Assembly (NCBI GenBank): GCA_028534125.1 | Contig: CM052817.1 | Span: 59,274,001 to 59,338,000, forward strand | Length of the DNA: 64,000 bases | Direction: 5' to 3' | DNA from: Lama glama | Lineage: Eukaryota | In this document: piece after piece, positions 25,086-37,436 of the stretch | Layout: every line of letters begins with the position of its first letter | How positions within the stretch are numbered: the first letter of the stretch is position 1 | Made by a program: the position numbers and the translations under genes | Notes under the pieces: model-generated | Told to the model about the DNA's origin: nothing | What the model saw: the letters and a program-made list of their open reading frames with translations, nothing else | Databases searched by the model: none

Positions 25086-28000
25086 TTTATCCAAATGTAT
25101 GCTTACTGTAGACATCGGGTAATAAAGCTCTATTTGTAACTTGTTGAGAAGGTCATGGAATTCTGATAACTTCTACTGGGAAAAACAAATCAAACTTTGG
25201 AAATCTGCTGATATGGAGAAAAACATAAAGGCATATCTATCTAAATAACATCCTATCACTGCTTTTTAAAGAAGACTTAAGATTCATGAGTATGCTTGTA
25301 TTAAGTAATTGTGTGTTAATTTTGGTAAAAATTACACAAAGAAGCTCATCATAAATTTCCCAATCTTACTATCCAAAATTAGTTTTCATGTAAGAGTCTC
25401 AGCACCAGCATTAAAGAGATAATTTAAGATGTTGAAATTCCATTTCTGTGACTTTGTTCTACTATGCCAAAACTGGAACACTCATCAACGTTAATGTAAA
25501 TTTTAAAACAAGTTTTGAGCAAAAAACTTTAAAAATCATTTTCGGTATCACAGAAATTTCAGTTTTCTGAACTTGTCTTGGTCTAAAGACCAGAACATGA
25601 AAATGTAAATTTTCTTTCTTTAAGCTCTCTACCACAGTGGCAATAAAGTGTCAGCCACAGAGTTAGTGTATTCCTTATGCCAAACTCGTTCTATTTTGCC
25701 AGCCACGAGGTCCATCAAAACCTTAATTTCAATAGACATTTCATACTAGGTAGCAGCACTTGGTAATATAACTGCTTCATTAGTATATGGTATGATGTCA
25801 TAGAATTCTGTTCCATCTGCTAATGATAAGTTGATTTTCACTAGTGTCAAACCAGCCACATCAGATCAGAAAGGCAATCACAGATTTCTCCTTTCTTTGA
25901 AGTTGAGTGACTACAAACATTTCTCACACCTTTGTATGGTCCCCCCGTTATGCAGAAAGTTTCAATAGGTGCATATAAGACCACTGTAGCGGGGAGGGGA
26001 GCATGCAGCTAGAAGAGTAAGCTCTCGGCTGAATACACTGAATCAAAGCTCAGGTAAGTCCTCTCTGCCACTGCCGTGTCTGGGAAAGCTACCACTCCAA
26101 GAACTACTTATGCAAAAGACTTTCTATCACCATTTCAACCAGAGCTGTGATCTAGAAAAATGATGCCATCGCTGTAGTAAGCTGCAGGATGTTCTAGACT
26201 CAAACTATTTCATCACTACTGTGATCAAAGCTGGTAAAGTAAATATTTTGCTCAGTTCTCACATAGCTCAGTTCTGAGTTGGTAGAACTGTTGCAGAACC
26301 TGAACTTTAAGGAGATTAGACAGGATACTGAACAAGTTAATCATATTATCCACTACATAAGAAAAGCACAAATTTTGCATTTGTTTCCCATTTCCTTAAC
26401 AAAATATAAGCCTGACTGATTTTGATAAAAGAAATTCTACTGAGTCAAGGATCATGCCTGATCAGTCTGAATTTGAAACTGAAGGTCAACACGAATTATG
26501 CACACCACAAGTACTGACGAGCAGGGTTAACAATTAAGAGATGCAAAATTTCTTCCTTAAGTGGGTAGCACATAAGAGGTTCTCTTTTGTTTCTTTGTTT
26601 CATTGATTTTAAAACTGATGCTAACCATTTGGACATATTAAATCCTATCTTAGGTACTCAACTCAATTTAGAAACCTGAACACTATTCTATGATTAGATA
26701 TCTAAGCCCTGATTATCTATAGTTTAGAAGTATCCTGTGCAAATTCCTACTGCTGCTCAGGGAAAAAAATTTATGAAAGTTTAAGTTCAAACACATTATC
26801 TTTATTTCCTATTAATCTGCCTTCCTACACATAACTCTAAAAAAAATTCTGATCTGCGCAATGCATTAACTCCACAGTTTTATCACCCCCACTTCTCTGT
26901 CAAGCAGTCTGAATCATTCATAGTCATTTTTCTTACTATTGGTTTAAGATGATATAGAGATAATTTGAACAGCTATAATATTTTCTTACACAGATAATAA
27001 GAACCACTGAAATTCAATGGCATCAGAAAAAACTGTCTTAAGCTTCATTAATAGATGCAGTTGTATCATCACTTCTGTTGATGTATTTTAAATGTGTTTT
27101 GAAGGAATAATGTTCTGATGTATTTTTGGTTGTGTGTGAGTGTGCGTGCATGCATACATGTGTGTGTGTGTGTGTTTTAAAATAAAAACATTTCATATTT
27201 CAGGGTGGCTATCCGAGGATCAATCCTGTATTTTTTTAAAATACCAAAGGCCTTTGCACTTTTATTTTTCTTTCTACATATGGTTTAGAAAACTTGATGA
27301 ATTAGTTATTACTAAATACTGTGTCGTCACAAATTGAATGTTTAGTATTAGCTTTAGCCATTGACTCTTATATAATGCTATGTTTACATTTTCAAGAAAT
27401 ACAGTTAAAATTTTATTTTAACATTTTAAACTTTCAAGCAGGAATGATAAAACTATGTAAAAAATAAAACAAAACACCTTGCTATGGTGTTCTTGCCATT
27501 GAAATTTCAACTGCAATATAGACAGTATTTATTTAAAAAGTTTCCTACAAGATGGCTCAAAGGACTATCCTGATAATATAATAATGCATTCATGTTTCTT
27601 TATCTGAACTTTATCTACTAAAAATTCAATTTAAACTCAGGGAAAGTAAGAGAAGAGAAGGGTGAGGATCAAGAGAATGGAAAACTGAGAAAAATATGAT
27701 AGTAAATCAAAGAATTTTTCAGGAAAAGTCACATTAATATGGAAAATGAAAGTGACAATGATATTTAAAGGAAACTGCAAATGCAGATAACATGCATATG
27801 AAACTATTTATGATTCTTTTGTTTCTCAAATCCTTAAGTAAAATTTTATGGAAGATCAAATGAGAAAAGCATTATCTTTTTTATCAAACTGAGTATCTTC
27901 TGTGTTTAAACTGTCTCATTTATTCAGTCTTCATCTATAGCAAAATTCTAAGTGTAATATTTGCCATAGAATCTATAACTATCCTTTTAAAAGTAAAAGT

Positions 28001-28444
28001 ATTTTCCATATCATGATAGAACAAAATATGTCAGATTAAAGAGAAAATTTCACAGCATTATAACTACCATAAGATATACAGAACTTGAACATAATAGAAA
28101 ATCAGTATAGAAATCAAGAAATTCAGGCTTTGGTTGCATCCTTGTGAACTGGAAATTCCAAAAAGTCTTAAATTTAAATGTTCTTCCTTAGTTGGTAAGC
28201 ACATACATAATAAATTATGTTTATACAGGAAAGAAGTTGGAGACATAGGGAAGGAAAGGTAAGGTGAGACAGATCATCGTTCCATGGACCTCAGAATGAA
28301 ATTGTTAGGGATTATTTTTTTGTTTGTTTGGTTGGTTGGTTGGACTTTTGTTAGCATGGCTCTGCCTTATCATGAAGTGCTCACTATTAGATATACTGCT
28401 TGCAGTATGACACTAGCAGGTAATCATAATCTCTCCTTAGTTCT

Positions 28445-29460
28445 GATGAAAAGAGAAAAAGACAGAAAAGTTGATTTCTGATGGATAAAAGACATAAAAG
28501 TAGAAGTAAAAACTACAAATAAAAGAAAATTTAGGAGAATGTCTTCATGACCTAGGGTGGAGAAGAATATCAAAAATTAAATTTCAGAAACAAATTAAAA
28601 ACATAAACATATAAAACATAACGTTACATCAAAATTAAGGCTTTATATTCAACAAAGTATACCATGAACAAATTTACCGTGTAAGTGATCAATATGGGAT
28701 GAAATTTGCAAAGTCCAAAACTGAAAATGGATTAATATGGAGAATATATGTGTTGCTTCTCCAAATTAATGAGAAAATAACTGTCAGAAAAATTAGCAAA
28801 GGCTATGAACAGTTAATATAAGAAAGGGATATTGTGAAGGCTAACATGACTATTCAATCAATGGTCAAGTTCATTGGCAAACTAAATCTATAAGGAAATA
28901 TTACTTCATGTGTATTACATGGACACAAGTTAGACAGCTGGATAATACAAAGTTTTGGTGAAATTATGGGTGGGAATATAAGTCTTATGTGCTGCTAGCA
29001 GGAGTGTAGATTGGGACAATCATTTTCGAGAACTATGTGACATTCCTGACACAAATTAAGTATCCACATAACTTATGACACAAGAACTCTACTCTCGGGT
29101 ATAGACTCTAAGAAATGATCACATAGGACCAAAAAGGGCACATATTAGGATGCTTATTTTGTCACTGTGGTGGAAATACAATAAATCACTGTGGCCATCT
29201 TTGGGAGAGAGGTGAAGTAAACAGTGAGGGGTGGAAAATTTTGAAGTCTTGGATAGATGTACACGTATCTTTATGTATGAATCCTAAAATCATCCTGTTC
29301 AAGGAAAGAAGCAAAAAGCAATGAAATACATAATCAATTCTGTTTACATAATTAAAAATGCATTTGTACCAAACAAAACTATTTGGTTTATATGAACATG
29401 TATGATAAATATCATTTGGCAACATATTAAATTAGATAGAGTTATCTATTGGGGTGAGTC
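28445..29460 (+). mobile_element. Ancient L1ME 3' fragment
   Basis: ggagaatgtcttcatgacctaggg...tgctagcaggagtgtagattgggacaatcattttcgag...cataacttatgacacaagaactctactctcgggtataga. Confidence 0.7.
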
Positions 29461-29559
29461 CTCAAACACATTTATATCAGCTGAATTAATGTTCACAGCT
29501 CCCAATCCAATTTAAAGTTCCTGTCTCCTTGTTAATTAATAAATATAAAGATCTGTTTC

Positions 29560-30258
29560 TATTAGCAGCATATTATCTCTGCCATTGACCTCATCTTGTA
29601 ATTTCTTTACATAAATAATAATTTTTACTGTATATTGGACATTGTGGAAGATAGTGCAGAGACTGTAGATTTTGTTATCCTCCTCTAGAAAGTATTAGTT
29701 TATGTTGTAAGAGGCAGTTAACTTCCCTGGGCTCATTCTAAACTTTGCCTTCCCATATGGTAAGCAATAGCTGAAATCTCCACTAATTTTTTTCAACCTT
29801 TCAGCAAATGTTATCAACAGGCCCTCAGTGAAAAACTTCGTATTAAATGCCTTATTTATAATTCGATGGAATTTATACCAGATATTTTCGGTCACCTTTT
29901 CTGTAGCTCTGTCCTTTTTGGTACATTCTCTCTCACATTTCACCTACCTAGGCAATCCAAATCTCTATCCCAACCTGACTCCCCAAATAAATTCTCTGGC
30001 TTTTTTCTTAAGTTCAAGCTATGCTGAGCCATGAGAACTAAGGAACTTCTCATGCAAAAAGCCACATAAATGCAAATCTCACTTGGTTCAAATATCCTCT
30101 TCTAAAGGGCCACTTTCAGTTGGCTCATCTTCACTTCTGCCTGTCTGCTCACCCTCCAGTGACTTGAACTTTTTTTTAGAGTATATTATCAAGATTTTAT
30201 ATTTGTTATCTATGGAAAGGTCATTTCAACACAAACGACTCTGCCATTACTGGCACAC
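29560..30258 (-). mobile_element. Old L1M/HAL1 5'-end fragment
   Basis: ttttactgtatattggacattgtg...agagactgtagattttgttatc...tttatatttgttatctatggaaagg...ctctgccattactgg. Confidence 0.5.
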
Positions 30259-30278
30259 ATAAAATAATAAATTAGTTT

Positions 30279-30279
<1 letters not shown>

Positions 30280-30311
<32 letters not shown>

Positions 30312-30381
30312 CACACACAAACACACATACATATATATACATATATATATACACACACACATACACACACATATACATATG
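30280..30381. repeat. (TA)n/(CA)n compound microsatellite
   Basis: Seen directly. Confidence 0.95.
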
Positions 30382-30554
30382 TGAACAAATATTTTAAGAA
30401 AATATTAAAAATTATTTCCTGTTCAGGAATCTATTTATTGTAACTTCAGAGTTTTTACATCATGAGAAATTCATTCTGATAACTTTTAATACTGTAAGTT
30501 AAAAAGGCAAAATATCAAGATAGATTGTTAAATTATATTGGTAAAATCTGCACC

Positions 30555-31100
30555 AAACTTCTTAACATGGCAAAGGCCCTTATAATATGGATAATCATAT
30601 TTCTAACCTCAACATTCTAACTTCAAATGCAGTTTTATACTCCACACTGTAGCCACATAAACTACATGGTTTTGTGTATCCCCATAGGTACCAAACTTGT
30701 TACTCCTTAAAGGCACCATAATTTCTCTAATCAATCCCACCATCTACATATACAGTTCATTCTGCTATTTCCCAGTAATAGTCAAAGAAATAATTGTGAT
30801 TACTCCTTACCTCCTTATCCTACTTATATTGTTCTTAAGGATTCTCCTTAGATTTCACATCTTATGGAAGCCTCTTCTAATATTTTAAGATAATATTCAT
30901 GTTTGCAAATTATTCTCTTTTCTTTTGTCAAGTTAGCACACATTATACATTATTGTAATTTTTTTTCCCAAGATGGTAGAGAAATTCAAGAAGTATTGCT
31001 TGTTCACTAACTTAGTCTCAGTAATCTGTATAAAAGTTCCATGAACATTTACTGAAAGAATGAATAGATACAGGAATAGATGAATGATGAATTAATGACA
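30555..31100 (+). mobile_element. L2 LINE 3' fragment
   Basis: caaacttcttaacatggcaaaggccctt...ctgtagccacataaactac...; ends in the L2-type tail catttactgaaagaatgaatagat...gaatgatgaattaatga. Confidence 0.7.
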
Positions 31101-34100
31101 TTTTATATCTCCCTGAAAGAAACCCCTTCAGAAAGACAGGTTATGTGGAGACTGTAGAGGAAGTGGAATCAGTTAGGGGTTATCAAAAATCCCTCAAATT
31201 ATGCTTCATAGATAGGCATTTCCTAAATTTATGCATAAATCTTACTCTGGTTGGAAATACAGTACAGAAAAGGAAATAACAATGTAATACTAATTATAAG
31301 ATGCACTGAATTAATTATTTGATTTAATAATTTAAATCCTTTTAAGCAACACTAATTCAATGGGAATATAAAGCCTCAATTAGCAACTTATAAGTCCAGA
31401 AATCTGTAATTATTAAAAAGGTGATCTGTATCTCGCTAAGGTTTCTGAGCCATTATTTCATTAATTCTTTCAGTACAAAAGGGACTTGAATCTGAGGAAC
31501 TAAGGATAAGGGAACTTTGAAGAACAAAAGGAAGGGATAGACAATTGATTAACCCTCCTGTGAATGAATTAGATGATTTCTTTCAAAGTAAAATGATGTC
31601 AACCACAATTTATAATTTGAACTGGCTTTCAAAAGAGTTTAATAAGAGCACAGAAATAATGCTAGAATTGAGTTAATACAGAATAAATGGTGTTGCCTGA
31701 CGTATGTGGCTCTGAAATTGATCTATTCAAGAAAAATTATAGTAAATATATATAATACATGCAGTTTTTTTCATATAAAATTCTATTTTATAATAGAATT
31801 AAAAATTACAAATCTAATTAAAACTGATTTTATAAGGACCATTCTAAATACTTTCTCTGAGCTTAGAGATAAGGTGGAGGCCAAGAATGACAAAAATCAA
31901 ATGTCCAAACTTTTAAATGTTTATTAAAGTTTAAGCCTACTCTTTTGTAGCTACATCCATATTGGATTCTTGCTTACTTTTATGCTTGACTAAATCATCT
32001 TAACATAATTATCAATTTTTAATAAACTGAAGTATTCTAAATATTGTAAGTAATAGATATTGTCTAATTTGACAGTATAGAAAAATCTTTATTAAATTAA
32101 TTACAAGGAAATTCTGATATTTTGAATAAATACATTAAATAGTACTATAATAATTTCTAGGATGGAATCAAAGTTTAATTCAGCTAGTGCTGCAGCAGCC
32201 AAGGCCCAGCGCCACAGCTATTTCAGGGATCATCTCCATCCACCAGCCACAAAGCTGCCACTAAAGGAGGGCACACACAGAAGGACCCCACATAAGGGAC
32301 ACCCTTCAAGTGCCTGGCTCAGGTGGTCAGGTGGGATAGTGCTTTTGAGCCTCATAAGACATCTTTCACATGAGCCACTCCTTCAAGACTAGGACAAGCA
32401 GATGATCTACTTAATACATAGAAATAACACAAAGAATTAGGCAAAAAGGGGAGACAGAGGGATGCGTTTCCAAAAGAAAATTACAAAGCCTCTGAAAAAG
32501 AACTAAATAAAATGCAGATAAGCTATCTGCCTGATAAAGACTTCAAAGAAATCGTCATAAAAATGTTCACCAAACTCAGGAGAACGAGTGAACAGAGTAA
32601 GAACTTCAACAAAGAGGTAGAAAATACAAGAAAATGCCAAACAGATATTATAGCTGAAATAAATACACTAGAGGGGTTCAACAGCAGATTGGATGAGGTA
32701 GAAGAACAAACTTGTAAACCGAGGGAAAGAAGAATGGAACTCAGAGCAGGAAAAAAAAGAGGAAATGAAGACACGTTAAGAGACCTTTAAGACAACGTCA
32801 AGTGGAATAAATTCTCATTATAGGGTTCCCAGGAGGAGAAGATAAAAAGAGCCAGAAAAATTAGTTGAAGAAATAGTGGTTAAACACTTCGCTAATCTTG
32901 GGAGGGAAATAGACATCCAGGTCCAAGAAGTCCAGAGACTTCCAAACAAGATGAATCCAACAAGACAAACACCACGACACATTATGATTAAAATGGAAAA
33001 AGTTAGATAGAATTCTAAAAGCAGCAAAAGAAAAATAACTGTTACATATAAGAGAAACCCCATAAGGGCATAAACAGATTTATATCAGAAACTACAGACC
33101 AGAAAGGAGTTACATTACATATTCAGAGTACTAAAGGGAAAAACATGCAGCCAAGAATTCTCTAATCAACAAGGCTATCACTCAGAATTGAAGGAGAGAT
33201 TAAGAGTTTCCCAGATAAGCAAAAGCCACTAAACATGCCCTAAAAGAAATGTTAAAATGACCTCTTTAATCTGAAAAGCAATGGATAATTAATAAATGGA
33301 AAACATGAAAAAGCAAAAATTTCACTAAAAAAGGTAAATACATAATAAAGCTTGAGAATTTATCACTTATTAAGCAAAAACAAAGGTTAACAGAAAAAAT
33401 AATAAAATTAATTAAAATTAGAATAATTAGTTAAGGGATGCATTAAAAAAAGATGTAAAATATATCATCAGAAGTACACAATGTGAGGAGAAGGGTAAAA
33501 AGATAGAGCTTTGGAATGTGTTCAACTTTTAGCTGCTATCAACTTAGACTGCTATTTACACAGAATGCCACCATGAACCTCATAGTAAACACAAGGTAAA
33601 AACATAGTAAATAAATAAAAGAAAAATAACAGAAGCATAACACTAAAGAAAGCCATCAGAATATAAGGGTAGAGAGAAAGAGAAGAAGAAAGTAACATAG
33701 AGGAACCAAAAATATAGCTAGAAAACAATTTTAAAGTATCAATAATTACATGCTTACCAATAATTATTTCAAATGTAAATGTAATACATTTAGCAATCAA
33801 AAGATACAGAGTGACTGAATGGATTTAAAAAAAAAAAAGACCAGCCTACATGCTGCCTGCAAGAGACTCATTTTAGAATTAAGAAAACAGCACACAAAGA
33901 CTGAAAATGAAGGGATGGAAAAATAAATACCATGGAAATGGAAATGAAAAGAAAGCTGGTATAGCTATGCTCATATCAGACAAAATAGACTTTAAAAGTA
34001 AGAAAGCACAAAAAGACATAGAACAGCATTACATAATGATAAAGGGGTCAATTCAGCAAAAAGATATAACAACTGTAAATATTTATGCACCCAACATAGG

Positions 34101-35038
34101 AACACCTAAATATATAAAGCAAGTATTAATAAATATAAAGGGAGAAATTGAAAGCAGTACAATAATACTTGGAGACTTTAACACCCACTTACATCAACGG
34201 ATAGATCATCCAGACAGAAAACCAATACGGAAACACTGGATTTATACTACATTAGATTAGATATTTAATAAATATATACAAAACATTTCATCCCAAAGCA
34301 GGAAAATACACATCCTTGTCAAGTAAACAAGGAACATTCTCCAGGAGAGGTCATATGCCACAAAATAAGTCTCAATAAATTTTAGAAGACTGAAATTTTA
34401 TCAAGCATCTTCTCTAACCACAGTGGTATGAAACTAGAAATTAATCACCAAAAAAAAAGGGAAAAACACAAAAATATGGAAATTAAACAACCTGTTACTT
34501 GAGTAACCAATGGGTCATAGAAAAATTCAAAGAAAAATTTAAAAATCCCTAGAGACAAATGAAAACAGAAATAAGACACAGCAAAATTTATGGTATGCGC
34601 AAAAAAACAGTTCTGAGAAGGAATACAGGCCTACATCAAGAAACAAGAAAAATCCAAAACAAAAAATGTAACTCTACACCTAAAGCAACCAGAAAAAGAA
34701 GAACAAAATACACTCAATATTAGTAGGAGAAAGGAAACAAGATCAGAATGGAAATAAATAAAATAAAGCCTAAAAAGACAATAGAAAATCAACGGAACTA
34801 AGAGCAGTTTCTAGCCGAGAATTAGACTAAGCAAAAGAGAGAGAGAGTGCTCAAATAAATCATATCAGACATGAAATAAGAGAAATTACTACTGGTATCA
34901 TAGAAATACAGAGAATATAAAAGAATACTACAAACAATTATATACTGACAAATTGGACAACCTAGAAATAAATGGATCAATTTCTATAAACATGCAACCT
35001 GCCAAGACTGAATCATGAAGAAACAGAAAATCTGAGTA

Positions 35039-37436
35039 CAGGCATACCTCGTTTTAATGTACTTTGTCTCAATGTGATTCACAGATATTACTGTTCTGTT
35101 TTTGTTTTTGTTTTTGTTTTTGTTTTTGTTTTAAAATTGAAGGTTTGTGACAACTCTGCTTCAAGCAAGTCTATCAGCACCATTTTCCAACATTTACTCA
35201 ATATGTCTTTGTGTCACAACTTGATAGTTCTCACAATATTTCAATCGTTTTCAGTATTACTACATTTATAATGGTGATCTGTGATCAGTGATCTTTCCTG
35301 TTACTATTGTACTTGTTCTAGGGAAAGCACAAACCATGCCCTTATGAGACAGTGAAGTTATTCAATAAATGTGTGTGTTCTGATTGCTCTACCAACCAAC
35401 CTTTACTCAACCCCCCTCCCTCCCTCAGACTTCCTTATTCCCTGAGACAAAACAATATTTAAATTAGGCCAATTAATAACATTACAATAGTGTCTAAGTG
35501 TTCAAGTGAAAGAGTCACGTGTCTCTCACTTGAAATCAAAAGACAAAAAGGATTAAGCTTAGTGAGAAAGGCATGTAGATAGCTGAGATAGGTCCAATTT
35601 TAAGAAATTGCCACAGCCCTCTTACAGCAGTGAGCCAACTTGCAAATGCAAAAGAAAAGTTCATGAAAAAAATTAAAAGTGCCACTCCAGTGAACATACA
35701 AATGACAAGTAAGTGAAACAGCCTATTGCTGATATAGAGGAAGTTTAAGTGGTCTGGATAGGAGATCAAACCAACCATAACACTCCCTTAAGCCAAAATC
35801 AAATCCAGAGCAAGGCCATATATATCTTCTATGAAGGCTGAAAGAGGTAAGGAGGCTGCAGAAGAAACGTCTGAAGCTAGCAGAGGTTGGTTCATGAGGT
35901 TTAAGGAAAGAAGCTGTCTCTATAACACAAAAGTGCAAGGTGAAGCAGCAAGTGCTGATGTAGAAGCTGCAGCAGGTTATCCAGAAGACCTTCTAAAATA
36001 ATTCATGAAGGTGGCCACACTAAATAATAGATCTCCAATGTAAACAAAACAGCCCTCTATTGGAAGAAGGTGTAATGTAGCACTTAAGTAGCTGGGGAAG
36101 AGAAGTCAATGTCTGGCTTCAAAGCTTCAGAGGATAGTTTGACTGTCTTGGTAGGGGCTAATGTAGCTGGGGACTTTCAGTTGAAGCCAATGCTCATGTA
36201 TCACTCTGAAAATCCTAGGATCCTTAAGAATTATGCTTAATCAATCCAGCCTATGCTCCATACATGGAATAATGAAACCTGGATAACAGGATATCTGTAT
36301 ACAACATGATATACTAAATATTTTAAGCCCATTTATGAGAACTACTACTCAGAAAAAAAGATTTCTTTCAAAATAATACTGCACATTGACAATGCACCTG
36401 ATCACCCAAGAGCCCTGATGGAGATGTACAACAAGATTCATGTTGTTTTCATGCTGGCTAACAAAATATCCATTCTGCAGCCCATGGACCAAGGAGTAAT
36501 TTCTAATTTCAAGTCTTATTATTTAAGAAATATAGTTGCCAGAGACAGTGATTCCCCCAATGGATCAGGATAAAGTAAATTGAAACCCCCTCACCATTTT
36601 AGATGCCATGAAGGACATTTGTGGTTTCTGGAAAGAGGTCAATATAACATTCACAGGAGATTGGAAGAAGATGATTCCAACCCACATGGGTGACTTTGAA
36701 GAGTCAATACTTTGTGGAGGAAGTAACTGTGGATGTAGTAAAACTAGCAAGAGAACTAGAATTCAAAGTGGAAACTGAAAATGTGACTAAACTGCTGCAA
36801 TCTTATGATAAAACTTTAATGAATGATTTGCTTCTTATGGATAAGTAAAGAAAGTAGATTCTTGGGATGGGCTCTACTCCTAGTTAAGATGCTGTGAAGA
36901 TTGTTGAAATGGTAACAAAGGACTTGGAATATTACATAAATTTAGCTGATAAGCCAGTGGAAGGGTTTGAGAGGATTGACTCCAATTTTGAAAGAAGTTC
37001 TATGGTGGGTTAAATGCTATCAAACAGCATTGTATGGTACACAGAAATTGCTCATGTAAGAAGAGTCAATCAAGTCAGCAAACTTTATTATTGTATTATT
37101 TTAAGAAATTGCCACAGCCCCGCCACAGCCTTCAGCATTCACCACCCTAATAAGTCAGCAAACATCAACACTGAGGTAAGACCCTCCACCAGCAAAAAGA
37201 TTATGACCCACTAAAGACTCAGATGATGATTAGCATTTTATAGTAATAATTTTTAATTAAGATATGTATGTTTTTTTAGACATAGTGCTATCGCACACTT
37301 AATAGACTACAGTATAGTGTGAACATAACTTTTATATGCACTGAGAAACAAGGAAAAATTAATGTGACAGTTTATTTTGATATTCACTATTGCAGTGGTC
37401 TGGAACCAACCCTGCAATACCTCTGAGGTATGCCTA
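35039..37436 (+). mobile_element. Near-complete Tigger1 (pogo-like Tc1/mariner DNA transposon), 2398 bp
   Basis: TIRs caggcatacctc (35039-35050) and gaggtatgccta (37425-37436); flanked by TA (35037-38) and TG (decayed TA); L1 ORF2 resumes seamlessly on both sides. Confidence 0.97.
35487..36820 (+). pseudogene. Disrupted Tigger1 transposase (CENP-B/pogo family)
   Basis: Hand translation gives [14 protein letters not shown]...[21 protein letters not shown] and [15 protein letters not shown]...[18 protein letters not shown]; start codon is ATA; in-frame stops are present. Confidence 0.93.

Noticed and set aside
35487..36820. TIGD1/CENP-B-like domesticated transposase gene
   Set aside because: Start codon lost, multiple stops, first catalytic Asp region mutated (NVNKT), and it still lies between TIRs
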